A stretch of DNA of 64,000 bases from Dimorphilus gyrociliatus. Lineage: Eukaryota > Animalia > Annelida. The DNA lies in NCBI GenBank assembly GCA_904063045.1, contig CAJFCJ010000010.1, positions 1,054,001 to 1,118,000 on the forward strand. Reading direction: 5' to 3'. A model generated the notes under the pieces. That model ran no database searches. It had not been told where the DNA came from and saw only the letters and a list, made by a program, of their open reading frames with translations. Both the position numbers and the translations under genes were made by a program. Below are positions 53,644 to 64,000 of the stretch, in pieces; within the stretch, counting starts at the first letter, position 1; each line of letters starts with the position of its first letter.

Positions 53644-55652
53644 TTTACTTGTAAAAGAAATAACGTATGCTCCTATATTCTATGCTCTCTTCTTTAATTA
53701 TTTGTATAAAAGACAATTGAAAATTGAATAGTTCCACTTTGAAAAATTCTAGACGTGAAATGTATCTTATTTCGTATACGTCATTTGTTAAAGTATATAT
53801 TTATTCAGTTTTCTATTCCTTTAGCTTGCAGAAATTGTATTATTCTTGAAATTTTACACTATTGCTAACAGTTTACAATCTCTATGTGGTTACATATTAT
53901 TCTTAATAAAACTATCATTATTATAAGGTGTATTATTTTATTCCTTTACGGTCTTTTTTCCAGTCACGAAGAATTATATTTTATAGAAATACTTGTTCTA
54001 TACTCAGCCGACAGTTAAGGGATAGTAGTGAAAAATTTATATTTGCGATTGTAAATTAATAATAATTCCACTTTTTATAAAGAATAAATACAATATGTAA
54101 AAAAAGATGAAGATCTCCGTTACTTTACGGAAGAGTATTCTTAATCGGAAGTAGAAAGCATTAGGAAATTTAGCGATTAATTGAAAGGCAAGCTGCTAAA
54201 CTTATCAAAATTAGGTGACTGCCCACAATGAATAAGCTTATAGAAACCTGCTGCAGTTATATATCATCTCTCAGAGAAAAAAACTAGGTTGAGTAGTCAT
54301 TGACCTCACGATATAATAAGCTTCTTTCATTTTCTTTAATTTCATCAAAATAAGCCAGTAATTGACAAAGATTTTATCAATATATAATTTACAACACAAA
54401 GACATTTGAGATTCTTTCTATTCAATTTTAGCAAAGACTGTTTTATAGTTTTTCTTCCAAGGAGTTATTGGACATTTTCTGGAGATTGTAGCATGCGCAA
54501 CTGTTGAAATAGCATTAACAAAAGTTTAACAAACTATTCATTAATCAACAAAACATTAGCTACTCAAAGTACAGAGGAATACAAATAATACTTTTTACAA
54601 GAATACATGTTGTTAATAGTTATAACAAGTGGTCTCTATCGCTCACTATTCTCAAACAAAAAATCACAACTCTAGATGAGAGACAAAGAGAGAAAGAGTG
54701 TGTGAGGGAGAGGGGATGAAAGGGGAGAGTGAATGAGTAAGTGAGTGAGAAGAGAGTGTGTGTATGTGTGCGTGCGAGGGAGAAAGAGGACAGTTATAGC
54801 AGACACGAAATATTAATAAAAAAAAGCAATGCTTTTTCTAAGATTATGATGGCCGCTGACTTGTGCGTTTTTATTCTACAACGTAGATTAATACCTAGTC
54901 TCACGAATTTATGCTTTTCCAAGAAGGCAACTACAATACTTTGTTATTGTTTCATTCTTACAAGAATTAGACACTCATTTCTAAATCCATCTCGAGAACT
55001 TTTATTATTATATCAATCTTTCTGCATCTTTCACCTACATTATGAATCTAAGGGCATTTAAGAAAGATTTCTCCCTTTATTTCTATATTTCATGTATGCA
55101 AAAAGGGGGTGATAGATACTTTGAGAGAATATCTTAAAAAGGAATGTTTAAGAGGCTTAATCCACGTGATCATGCCTAATTTCATATACGGTATATACTT
55201 TATTTTGGAGCCAATTAATTATGAATAATAATTCTACTGAGTAATAAAACAATAATAACAAGATTTGGATTAGGATTAGAATTAATAATATTCTAATTTT
55301 TTTCAACTCATTTTCATGAGCAATTTTTTTTGTATCAGTACCAGTATTGAAATAATTCCAGAATATATTTATTAACTTATAAATAGATATTAAGGGGCGA
55401 TAAATTGACATGTTGAAGGTAAAGATGTTGTTTACTTGAATTAAGTAGATATTTTATTTAAAGTGTCAACTGCATTTCGAAAAATATTCTTCTTATTATT
55501 TCTTCATTGTGAATGAAAGAGAGAATTTGTAATACACAGATAAATTGTTCTATTATGTATAAATTCTTCTCCTTCAAATGCTTTAAACCCTTTTAAAGCT
55601 TAAATTTAACGAGCATATATTTGCATAGATGCTAAGAATTTATTCTTTCATA

Positions 55653-56528
55653 TTAGGTGCGATCCGTATATTGTAGACGTTTTGTATTTTTAGCTCTAAT
55701 AGTAAACTAATTTGAATAATATTTGTTTAATGTCATAACCTATAGTCTACTCTATAAAAATTAACTATTTGAGTTTTTAATAGTCCCCCCATTGTTTATA
55801 CACATGTGCCATTTGGATGGTAGTAAGTCAATGCTCTTCCGATAAAAGGAAGATGGTTTTCTCCTCAGAAATTCCCTGATATCTTTTTCTAGCTCATCTA
55901 AATTATCATAGTCAACTCCCCTGATATGATCTTTTAGTCGTCCAAACAAGTAATAGTCAGATGGAGCCAAATCAGGGCTGTATGGGGGATGTGGACATAT
56001 CGACCATCACTGATTCATCATAAAACCTGTTGTGTATAGACTGGTATGGGGTCTGGCATTATCATGTTGTAAAATGATCTGTTTTTCAGGCCTTATCCTA
56101 TGCAGTCATTTCTTAATCTCTTCAGGGTCTCCACATACTGGATGGAGTTGACTGTTTCACCATAATCCATGAATTCAACATGGATTAAGCCTGAGCTTCT
56201 TCCCTTTTTTATATTAATAACCCACCTTCTTACTGAACCTTAACTCAGAGTTTCATCACCGCAATAGCTTTTTAACCGTGTGTGAATGTTCTTTGGAGAG
56301 GCCTTCTCATGTACTAAAAATGAAATAATTTTTCGTTGATCGGAACGTGTAGGCATGACTAGCAGTTGCTTGCACCAAAATAATTTTGTAATGGCTTGAC
56401 AGAATGGGGTGAAAGTTTTCACAATGAAAGCTAACAGATTAAGTAATATATTTGGAAAGTATCAATACTATTAGTTAACCCGTTTTAAAATTACAGCAAA
56501 ACGTCTACAATATACAGATAGCACCTAA
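55653..56528 (-). mobile_element. Mariner (D,D34D) DNA transposon, 876-bp internally deleted, non-autonomous copy with 32-bp TIRs and TA target-site duplication
   Basis: TIRs TTAGGTGCGATCCGTATATTGTAGACGTTTTG (55653-55684) and its near-perfect reverse complement (56497-56528, 2 mismatches), flanked by TA at 55651-55652 and 56529-56530. Transposase remnants: N-terminus MPTRSDQRKIISFLVHEKASPKNIHTRLKSYCGDETLS, plus HDNARPH and YSPDLAPSDYYLF, interrupted by stops and frameshifts; the central part is missing near 56190. Confidence 0.95.
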
Positions 56529-57157
56529 TATTTAAAATCTATAACTAGCATATTCTGTATATTTTGTATGGTATATATAAAATTAAATTCTCTTAGTCGC
56601 ATTCACTCATATAAACGTAATTATACATATACAGTATACATATAGAAAAAAATATGGGTGTAAAAAGCTCATTGAAGTTTTGAAAGGTAAAAAAACGTTT
56701 GTAAAGTTCAAAGTTTTCTTCTATAAAAGATCTTTTAGAAAATGTCAAAGGTTACTTAAAAAGTTCAGTATCGATTTTATACTATTGTTTTAAAGAGAAA
56801 CAAAAACAAAAGCAGAGAATTTTTTTGGCTAATTTGTTTAATAAAAAGAAATTATTCTGCTAGTAACTAGCTCATTAGTCGAATCCATGAGAAAAGTATT
56901 ATCTTATAATAAAGAAATTACCCTCCCAAAACCTTTGAAGATTTCTTTAAAGATATTTGGCTCATAATTCGCTTTTTATAAAAAAAAGAATTAATTTTCT
57001 TTAGTACTAGAATTAGGCTATTTAGAGTGTGGTGACACTTTTGTTTGGTTTAGATATGAGGAAAGAAATGAGGATAAAAATAAGAGAAATTAATAGAGGA
57101 TAGGGAAAAAGAATAGATTTAAATTAATATTAAAGAGTATATAATTTCATGAAAGTG

Positions 57158-59759
57158 TTAAAAATTCAAATAGTGAATTATTTGATATGGAAAGCAATCA
57201 CCAAAGATATTATATTTAAAGTTTGTATTACATTTAATGTTGATAAATTGACCATCTATGACACTTTGATAATTATTCACTTAATACCAATCACCGTTGT
57301 GCGCATTTACTTTGGTATAACTTTACTTAATATACAAATACTTTACTAAGTACTTGAAAGGCACTATTAAAAATAATCAAGTTAATACTTACCAATATTA
57401 GACCCACAAACTCCTGGACAATGCTTGATAACAGTATTTTTTCCTCTCCACATGATTATCCGACCGTATTCTGGCTGAACAAAGCTATGAAATTTCGGGA
57501 AAATAATAGGTTTCCGTTGATTAACTTTTAGCTGATAAATAAGAAAAATGTGAAAGAAAATATGAAAGAGCAAATTGCTTCAGGTACCGATTCTCTGTAC
57601 AGAGATAATTTTAGGCAAAATTCTCAGTAATACTTACAAAAATAAGAAAATGTACTCTGGAATAACAACTGGAATCTTTAATATATTCTTCAGGCGAATA
57701 AAAATTTACTGGTTCCTCAAGGAACCTAACATGAATATAATCTTCAGCCCATTCGTCCCTATAGGCTAATGATTTAAATAACTTTGTCATATTTCTAAAT
57801 GGATATTGCTTGGACAATAAAGGAAATCTACAATAGGTGAATAAACATGATTAATAATGATACAAATATTTTTAAAAACGTACTTCAAACGAGCTTCCTC
57901 TGTTGTTAACACGCCTTTATTAATCTGTGCATACCAAGTGTGTTATGAAAAATAAAGTTAATTAACTAATTAAGTAAATTAACCGTTTGGTTAGCCTGAG
58001 TCGATACTATATTTAATATAGTTTTATCTAAGGCATTATCGATTATAACAAGTCTCTTATGAATTTGGGTGGCTTTTATTGCAGTGTTTGCTAGAGTGAA
58101 TGATTGTAAATCTCCTGTAGGCTGTAAAAGCGAAGGAAAGATAAAAACAATTTTCTCTATCTGCCGTAATTTGCTTCTATACCTCTTTATAAATTTCCCC
58201 ATTGCACAGTTTTCTCTCTTTTTCATCAACACTTGAATAAGATGATTGCTCTTCCTCTGTATCTAAAAATTCGTTTTTATTCTCTTTTGCTTTTATTGTA
58301 GCATAATCTAAGCTAGTTCTAAAAGAGCGAGAATCCGGTTCTGTTGCGGATAAAGAAAACAAAGAGTATTTAATACAAATGCAACAATTTTACAGTTGAT
58401 GTATAGTAATAACTTTGTCGACGTCTGTAGTATTTTTTTTATATTTGCCCTCAACCTCACTCTCCCTCAACCGCACCCTTCTCTGTCTCTCCTCTCAGTT
58501 GTTTTCTTTCTATCTTTCTCTCCCACGCATACACACACCTTTCATTCTAATCGTTTAAAAAAATCGTGATTGTTCTTAAAGATTTCAATTATACGGCAGG
58601 GAATTAATAGTAAGGTAAAACAACGTAAAGCTTTATATCGCATTCGCATATGTTTTAATTACGATGATTAAAAGAAAAGAGCAACGATAAAGGAAATGTT
58701 TACCCTGATTTAGAGAGAAAAAATAACAATAACTATTTTGTTTTTCACGCTTATTTTACTCTAGTTTATCTTATCGTTGAAATTTTTTTAGACATTTGCT
58801 TGAGGTATATATATGGCGCCATCTATCGGCTTAGAGTGGATTTAGGAGTTTAAATTACCATTTTTTAGTAGAATTTCAAATATATCTACTGCTTGCCTGT
58901 ACAACTTTTTCTGATAAATAAAAGAAATCGAAGTTATTGATGCAAGATGAAGATAAAAAAGAATCATACTTTCAAATAAACGGCTGCTTTCATACTAGTG
59001 ATTTCTTTTAAGTGCTTCCTATCCGAGAGAAAGTTTTCCCCCTCTTTTAACCATAACAAGACTTCATCGTCGGCATCTTTCGCGTAAATATCTTTAACAA
59101 GATGGAGAAATTCCTCGTCAGACCACTTTGCCATTGTATGATGCAATAGTTTTCCATTGAGTAAAGACTTTATCGGTATTGAATACATTTTAATTAGTTG
59201 AACAATTTCCATAGCTAAGAACGGTGTAAGTCTTTTCAAATCCAAAATATGTCTTTGATAAATATTTGCCGTATTTTTAGAATCTAAAAGAATAGTAGAT
59301 TTTTAAAAATTAATACTTTAATATAAATTACCATAAATCGAAGAATGCAAAGAAAGATCATGAATATCTTCAAGAATATGATACCAAATGTGTGTCAAAC
59401 GAAATATAGATCTATATAGAACTATTATATTAAAATGTTTATTTTTGACCAAGTCATCTCTTAAATGTTCAACTTCTTTTAAATTTTCTATCGTTACTCT
59501 GAAAAATATAACAACAGCAAATTATTATTATTATTATCATTGTTTTCGTATTGAATTTATTATATTACCTTAAATTATTATCAATTTTATCTTTATTATC
59601 AAAAATATATTCATCTTTTTCGTATAAAGTTTTAGTGAAGTTTCCTAAATTATATTCCAATTCGAGAATTTCTTCAATATATAAAGGCGTAATCCAAAAT
59701 TGAACTGTTAATCTTAAACAACTAAACAATAAAATAGTAAAGAATATTTTATCTTTCAT
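57158..59759 (-). CDS. Prolyl 4-hydroxylase alpha subunit-like protein, predicted catalytically inactive; 9 resolved exons plus an ambiguous last exon (about 470-495 aa)
   Basis: Exons 59569-59759 (signal peptide MKDKIFFTILLFSCLRLTVQ), 59332-59498, 58970-59283, 58859-58910, 58183-58340, 57984-58121, 57884-57924, 57638-57827, 57393-57531; last exon candidate 57158-57255 (alternatives nearer 57350). P4HA N-domain and TPR-like patterns (IFRLTHIW; IVQLIKMYSIPIKSLLNGKL; WSDEEFLHLVKDIY...VLLWLKE), RKLCNGE, and a degenerate catalytic-domain scaffold (IIFPK, QPEYGRIIMW, CPGVCGS). Confidence 0.8.
58813..58830 (-). promoter_or_regulatory. Best CTCF-like site in the window (CCGATAGATGGCGCCA on the minus strand)
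   Basis: atggcgccatctatcgg seen directly, in an intron of the P4HA-like gene; close match to the invertebrate CTCF consensus. Confidence 0.45.
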
Positions 59760-60291
59760 TGTCAACTCGAAATATCTATCTGAAATAAAAATATTACTTA
59801 AAAATATAAAAAGCTTGCCACGAAATACGACAGATTTTATTGAACTCTTTTTATTGATACCAGCTTGGTAAAAATTGATTTTTTTTTAAATATAAAGAGC
59901 GTTTTCGTGTCGAAATATATATATGCATGTATATATAGTATATATATGTATATATATATATATTTAATAGAACGAACTGAGTCATTATATCTGACTACTT
60001 AAAGAGTAATACGTGCTGGAAATATATTTTAAAGGGCCAATGTGATTTGTTAAAAAAAATTATGTAACGAGGAAGAAATTAAACGGCGGCAAAGAAGCAG
60101 GTTAAATGTTTGGAATTTCCGTTTTTAACTTATTCAAAAACACATCTCAATTATCACAAATTATCTTAATGTAATAGAGATATTAATATATAATCTAGGT
60201 ATAAATCATCTAGAAATTTATAATCATTTTTACACTGAAAAGAACTTTTTGACTAAGCCAATCCCTTCTTAGGCTGAAAACTATTTGAATT

Positions 60292-60306
60292 TAACAGATG
60301 GCGCTG
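60292..60306 (+). promoter_or_regulatory. Putative CTCF-like site (ACAGATGGCGCTG)
   Basis: agatggcgc at 60296-60304. Confidence 0.35.
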
Positions 60307-62123
60307 AAATACTTTTCTTATTGTTGCTTTTTACGATATCAACTCTTCTGAGCTTTTAAAAGACTACGTTTGTCATAATCCAACTTAAAGCGTTGATTTT
60401 TTTTCACTTTGAAGAGGATTCAAGCAACATCTTATGACGTTGCTACCGATACATGAGAACTAAATCGGCTTAATTGTCAGTGAATCCTTTTCATTCACTA
60501 AATTAACTTATGAAGCAGTATGTGTAGTCTTTTAAAATATTCTTGTATGAGAAACCTAGCTATTATGTTATACATTGAAAAAAAGTCGAAGATTGATGTA
60601 CACTTGTGAATAATAGTACGGATCAATATAGGCCGAAAATACAAAGACAACTTAAATGCTATAAAACTAAGGAAAAATGCATACTTTCATCATACGTGTT
60701 TACATTATTAACGTGTTTGAAGATTGCTATCTTATATTAATCTTATTAAAGCTAATAATCATTATTTATTTTAAACAAAATAAACGAAAACCAAGTAAAG
60801 CTTTCGCAAATAAAATGAAAATTATTATCAGTAAAAATGTAGATTGTAAATCATAGGACGAATGTGATCAGATATATATATATATATATCAGAATTATAG
60901 AATATATATAAAAATTTCTTTTTCAACATTTCTTTTTATATTACAAGTAGAACAAATTCTAACGAGCAGCCTCAAGCAATTCTCAACAATTGTTTTTACT
61001 GTAGAATCCAGAAGAGAAAGGCTGATATGTAACAGTGAATTTTCTATATTTTTCTTTTTTATCTCGCTTCTTCAATACTAAAAACAACTATTTTTATTTA
61101 ATTACTTTTTTTTTATCTTATTCAATTTTCAACTCTTCTCTCTTCTGAGTGCCATCGCTGTTTCTATTTGTACTATTTCCTTTTGTTTTATAATACTAAC
61201 CTGATTGAAATGTATTCAATTGTTATAAATAAATTTTTAAAGATAATTTAAGACTTTTTTCTTGTTAGAATACAATTAAAGATTAAAAAAAATTGATTAG
61301 TAGGCGGAAAAGTACGATTAAAAATATTCAAATCATCATTTATTATATAGTATATAGTTTATGAACAATTTGACAGTTATGCGATTATTTTATTGAAAAA
61401 TTCATTGATTTATTTACAATATCTATGATGTGATTAAAAACCAAAGAGAAAGAGAAAGAGAGAGAGATAAGAAACCATCCTGAACAATATAAACATTCAA
61501 CTAACAGACGATTTTAACAAGTTAAATACGTTTCTCCTTTCGATAAAAGTAGATGTAAGGCTATTTAAGACACTTTTACTAATAGAGACAGTCAATTAAC
61601 CTGATAAATTCGATCCCCTAGGTAAAAGACAAAAGATCACGTAAACTATATACATTTTTATCTATTAATAATTAAAATCTCTAAAACATATGGTAAAAAT
61701 TTAATCATTATAAAACAACCATTTTTAGAAATTTTCAATTAAATTAGCCCATAAAATGAAAGTTTTTAATTCAATTATCTTTTTATATGTAAAGCAAAAA
61801 GTGAAAAAGCTAAAGGAGGAAGTGCCATTAAAAAAATATCTTGCTGAATGGTCAAAGTTGTATTATCTATCTTATAACTTGGCGATAATTTCTATGGTTA
61901 CCTTGTAGAGTATAACTATAGAAAAACTATTACAAAGAAAGAGCAAAATGGATGCAATGCTTGATAGGAGTGAGATAGAAATGCCATTTCTATTTAGTTA
62001 CAGCTGATTTTTTTTTTGTATATTTGCGTTGTCAAGCTAACTTTCTTATCAAAAACCTATATATAAGTCCCTCCTGTCGATTCAAATAAATCTTATTTCT
62101 GTGTCACAAGTGGAACTAGCAGA

Positions 62124-62889
62124 ATGGCAGAATTTCAAAACGGTCTCTTTGGTTGCTTTAGTAATTGCGGCCTTTGCATATTTTCATTTGTTTGTCCGTG
62201 TGTACAGTAAGTATAAAAATATAATAAGAAACTGCTTTCATCCTTTAATAAAGAGTAAAAAATTGACTCCCTTTTATTTAACATCTTTTATTAAGGAAAG
62301 TAATGAAGTCACTTTCACAGGTGTTGACTTTTTAGGTGTATACCGCCTAAATTTTCATAATTGAGTTATACGAGGTTCTTATTAAAATAAATTATTCATT
62401 ACTTAAGTATTCATACTTAATTAAACATTCAATTAAGATGATATTCTTTAAAGTAAATTACTTGTGTTTGTAATTATATAGTACTCTTTTTACTTTTTTA
62501 CATTTTGTGAATGAATTTTTCACTATCTAAGAAAACTTATCAGGCGTGGGAAGTCATTACGCTTAAACTTCAAAATGATTGATAAGACTTTAAAGAGCTT
62601 CGGTTGCTAAAATTATAATCTAAAGATAATTGTTTGATGTAGATTTGGAAGAAATGCTGAGAAAATGGGCGAAAGTTGTATGCTCTACGGATGCTTTATG
62701 TTTATACCAATTTTTAATTTCTACATCACTGCCAAAATGAGGGAAAGGATTAGAGAAAAGTATGGAATTGAGGATTCATTTTTGATGGACGTTGTTATGA
62801 AATGTTTCTGTCATTTCTGCTCCTTAATACAAGAAACTAAAGAATTAGACGACAATGCCGGTGGATCAATGGCGATAGATAGGCACTAA
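62124..62889 (+). CDS. PLAC8/cornifelin-family Cys-rich protein, 2 exons (62124-62206, 62643-62889), 109 aa
   Basis: MAEFQNGLFGCFSNCGLCIFSFVCPCVQFGRNAEKMGESC...MRERIREKYGIEDSFLMDVVMKCFCHFCSLIQETKEL matches the typical PLAC8 pattern (GLFGCF, xCPC, R..IR.KYGI, CxxCxLxQxxxE). Phase-2 intron CA|gtaagt...gtag|A. Confidence 0.92.
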
Positions 62890-64000
62890 TAGAAGAGCTA
62901 AAAATAAAAGCATGCACAAATGAAAATGAAGAAGAAAAATAGTTTAATTCTATCTTTCTCATTCATCTTTTTCTATAAATTCTAATATCATTCTCAGTGA
63001 TTTTAATAACAGAAAAAGTAAAGAATGATATATTCAGTAATTGAAACAATAAGATTTTCAAACTAATCCAATATGAACTCTTATTCTTCTCAGGTTGAAA
63101 TTATGAACAATTTCAATAAAATTCAATATTCATAGAGCATATTTGCTTTCCTTTTATATACAATAAAAACAAAATAAACAAATAGTACAAGATTCTGTTG
63201 ATACTTTATTAATAAGAGAAGGAATTAAAACTTGCCTTGTTTTTAGAATTTTACGATATCAAAGACAAAAACGAAAAAATTGGTTTTATCGTTAGAAGTA
63301 TTATTTCTTCGTATATAACCTAAAAGCTTTCTGAAACGCAACGAATAGTATAGAAAGATTTGAAAGTGGAGAAGCCACATATAAAATATCTTATTCAGAG
63401 AACTTCTCTTCGCTTCAATCATGCATAAAATTTTTTGCATCGTATTATAGAGAAACTTGTAAAAATACACAATTATCTTTTATCTAAAATATATACAACG
63501 TTATATCTTTATATTAAAATATTAATGAGATTATAAATTGTTTATAAAATATGAAATATATGCAAAACATTCTTTAATTATAGGTAAATATATCGTATTA
63601 TATTATATATGCCTTATATAGATAACAATAGCGATAACGTATACTGTAAAAATTATACGTAAAAACGCATATAAGCCTTAATATGCTTTATTCTTATTTA
63701 TTACAACACTTAAGAAGTATGCTACCTGTGAAGTTTCCTACATGATATAGCATTTACGTGAAAGAATGTATTTTTTTTTAGCTTGTAAACCATGAACTTG
63801 GGAAAATGTGATAGTTTTATTATATTCTTTTATGTTAATTTTATCCCTAGAATTATACGTAAACACTCTGAAAAGATTAAAAAAAAGTTCTCTAAAGGTT
63901 AAAAACTCTAGAGAAATAAGGTTAGTACTGACCTTGAAAAATAATTTTATTCCATAGAAGTATTTCTCATATATAAAAAGAGTTAGACAGTTTTGTAACG

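Noticed and set aside
54661-55061. 106-aa ORF starting in a GA/GT-rich tract
   Set aside because: The N-terminus is translated microsatellite (RVCVCVRAR) and the rest has no protein-like signal; more likely promoter-type low-complexity DNA.
63243-63470. 75-aa minus-strand ORF near the window end
   Set aside because: No recognisable family; F/I/K/Y-rich composition typical of random AT-rich frames. It could be an exon of a gene outside the window, but that is unsupported.
1-64000. tRNA, rRNA, snRNA, CRISPR arrays or prokaryotic operons
   Set aside because: No cloverleaf, rRNA-like GC-rich segment or spaced direct-repeat array was seen by eye; the sequence is intron-rich eukaryotic DNA. tRNAscan-SE or Infernal would be needed to exclude small RNAs.

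Overview
AT-rich (roughly 25-30% GC by eye), gene-dense animal genomic DNA with many short GT-AG introns (56-110 nt). This suggests a compact-genome spiralian invertebrate; an annelid such as Dimorphilus gyrociliatus is a guess only. Genes were spliced by hand with phase-consistent junctions. Well supported: a C2H2 zinc-finger gene (+), a 26-exon EGFR (-), a 3-exon somatostatin/urotensin-II-related neuropeptide precursor (KR|LCIWKACPPER) that the ORF track only shows in fragments, an SLC26 anion transporter with an unusual APPRS anion-site motif, KLHDC1/2 (-), two tandem paralogous orphan peptide-type GPCRs (+), an internally deleted mariner with intact 32-bp TIRs and TA target duplication, a prolyl-4-hydroxylase alpha-like gene (-) that appears to lack all Fe(II)/2-oxoglutarate ligands, and a PLAC8/cornifelin-family gene. 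Three further multi-exon orphan genes are proposed with lower confidence. A CTCF-like motif (AGATGGCGC) recurs far more often than base composition predicts. No tRNA, rRNA or CRISPR features were seen. All homology calls come from recognising motifs; no searches were run.
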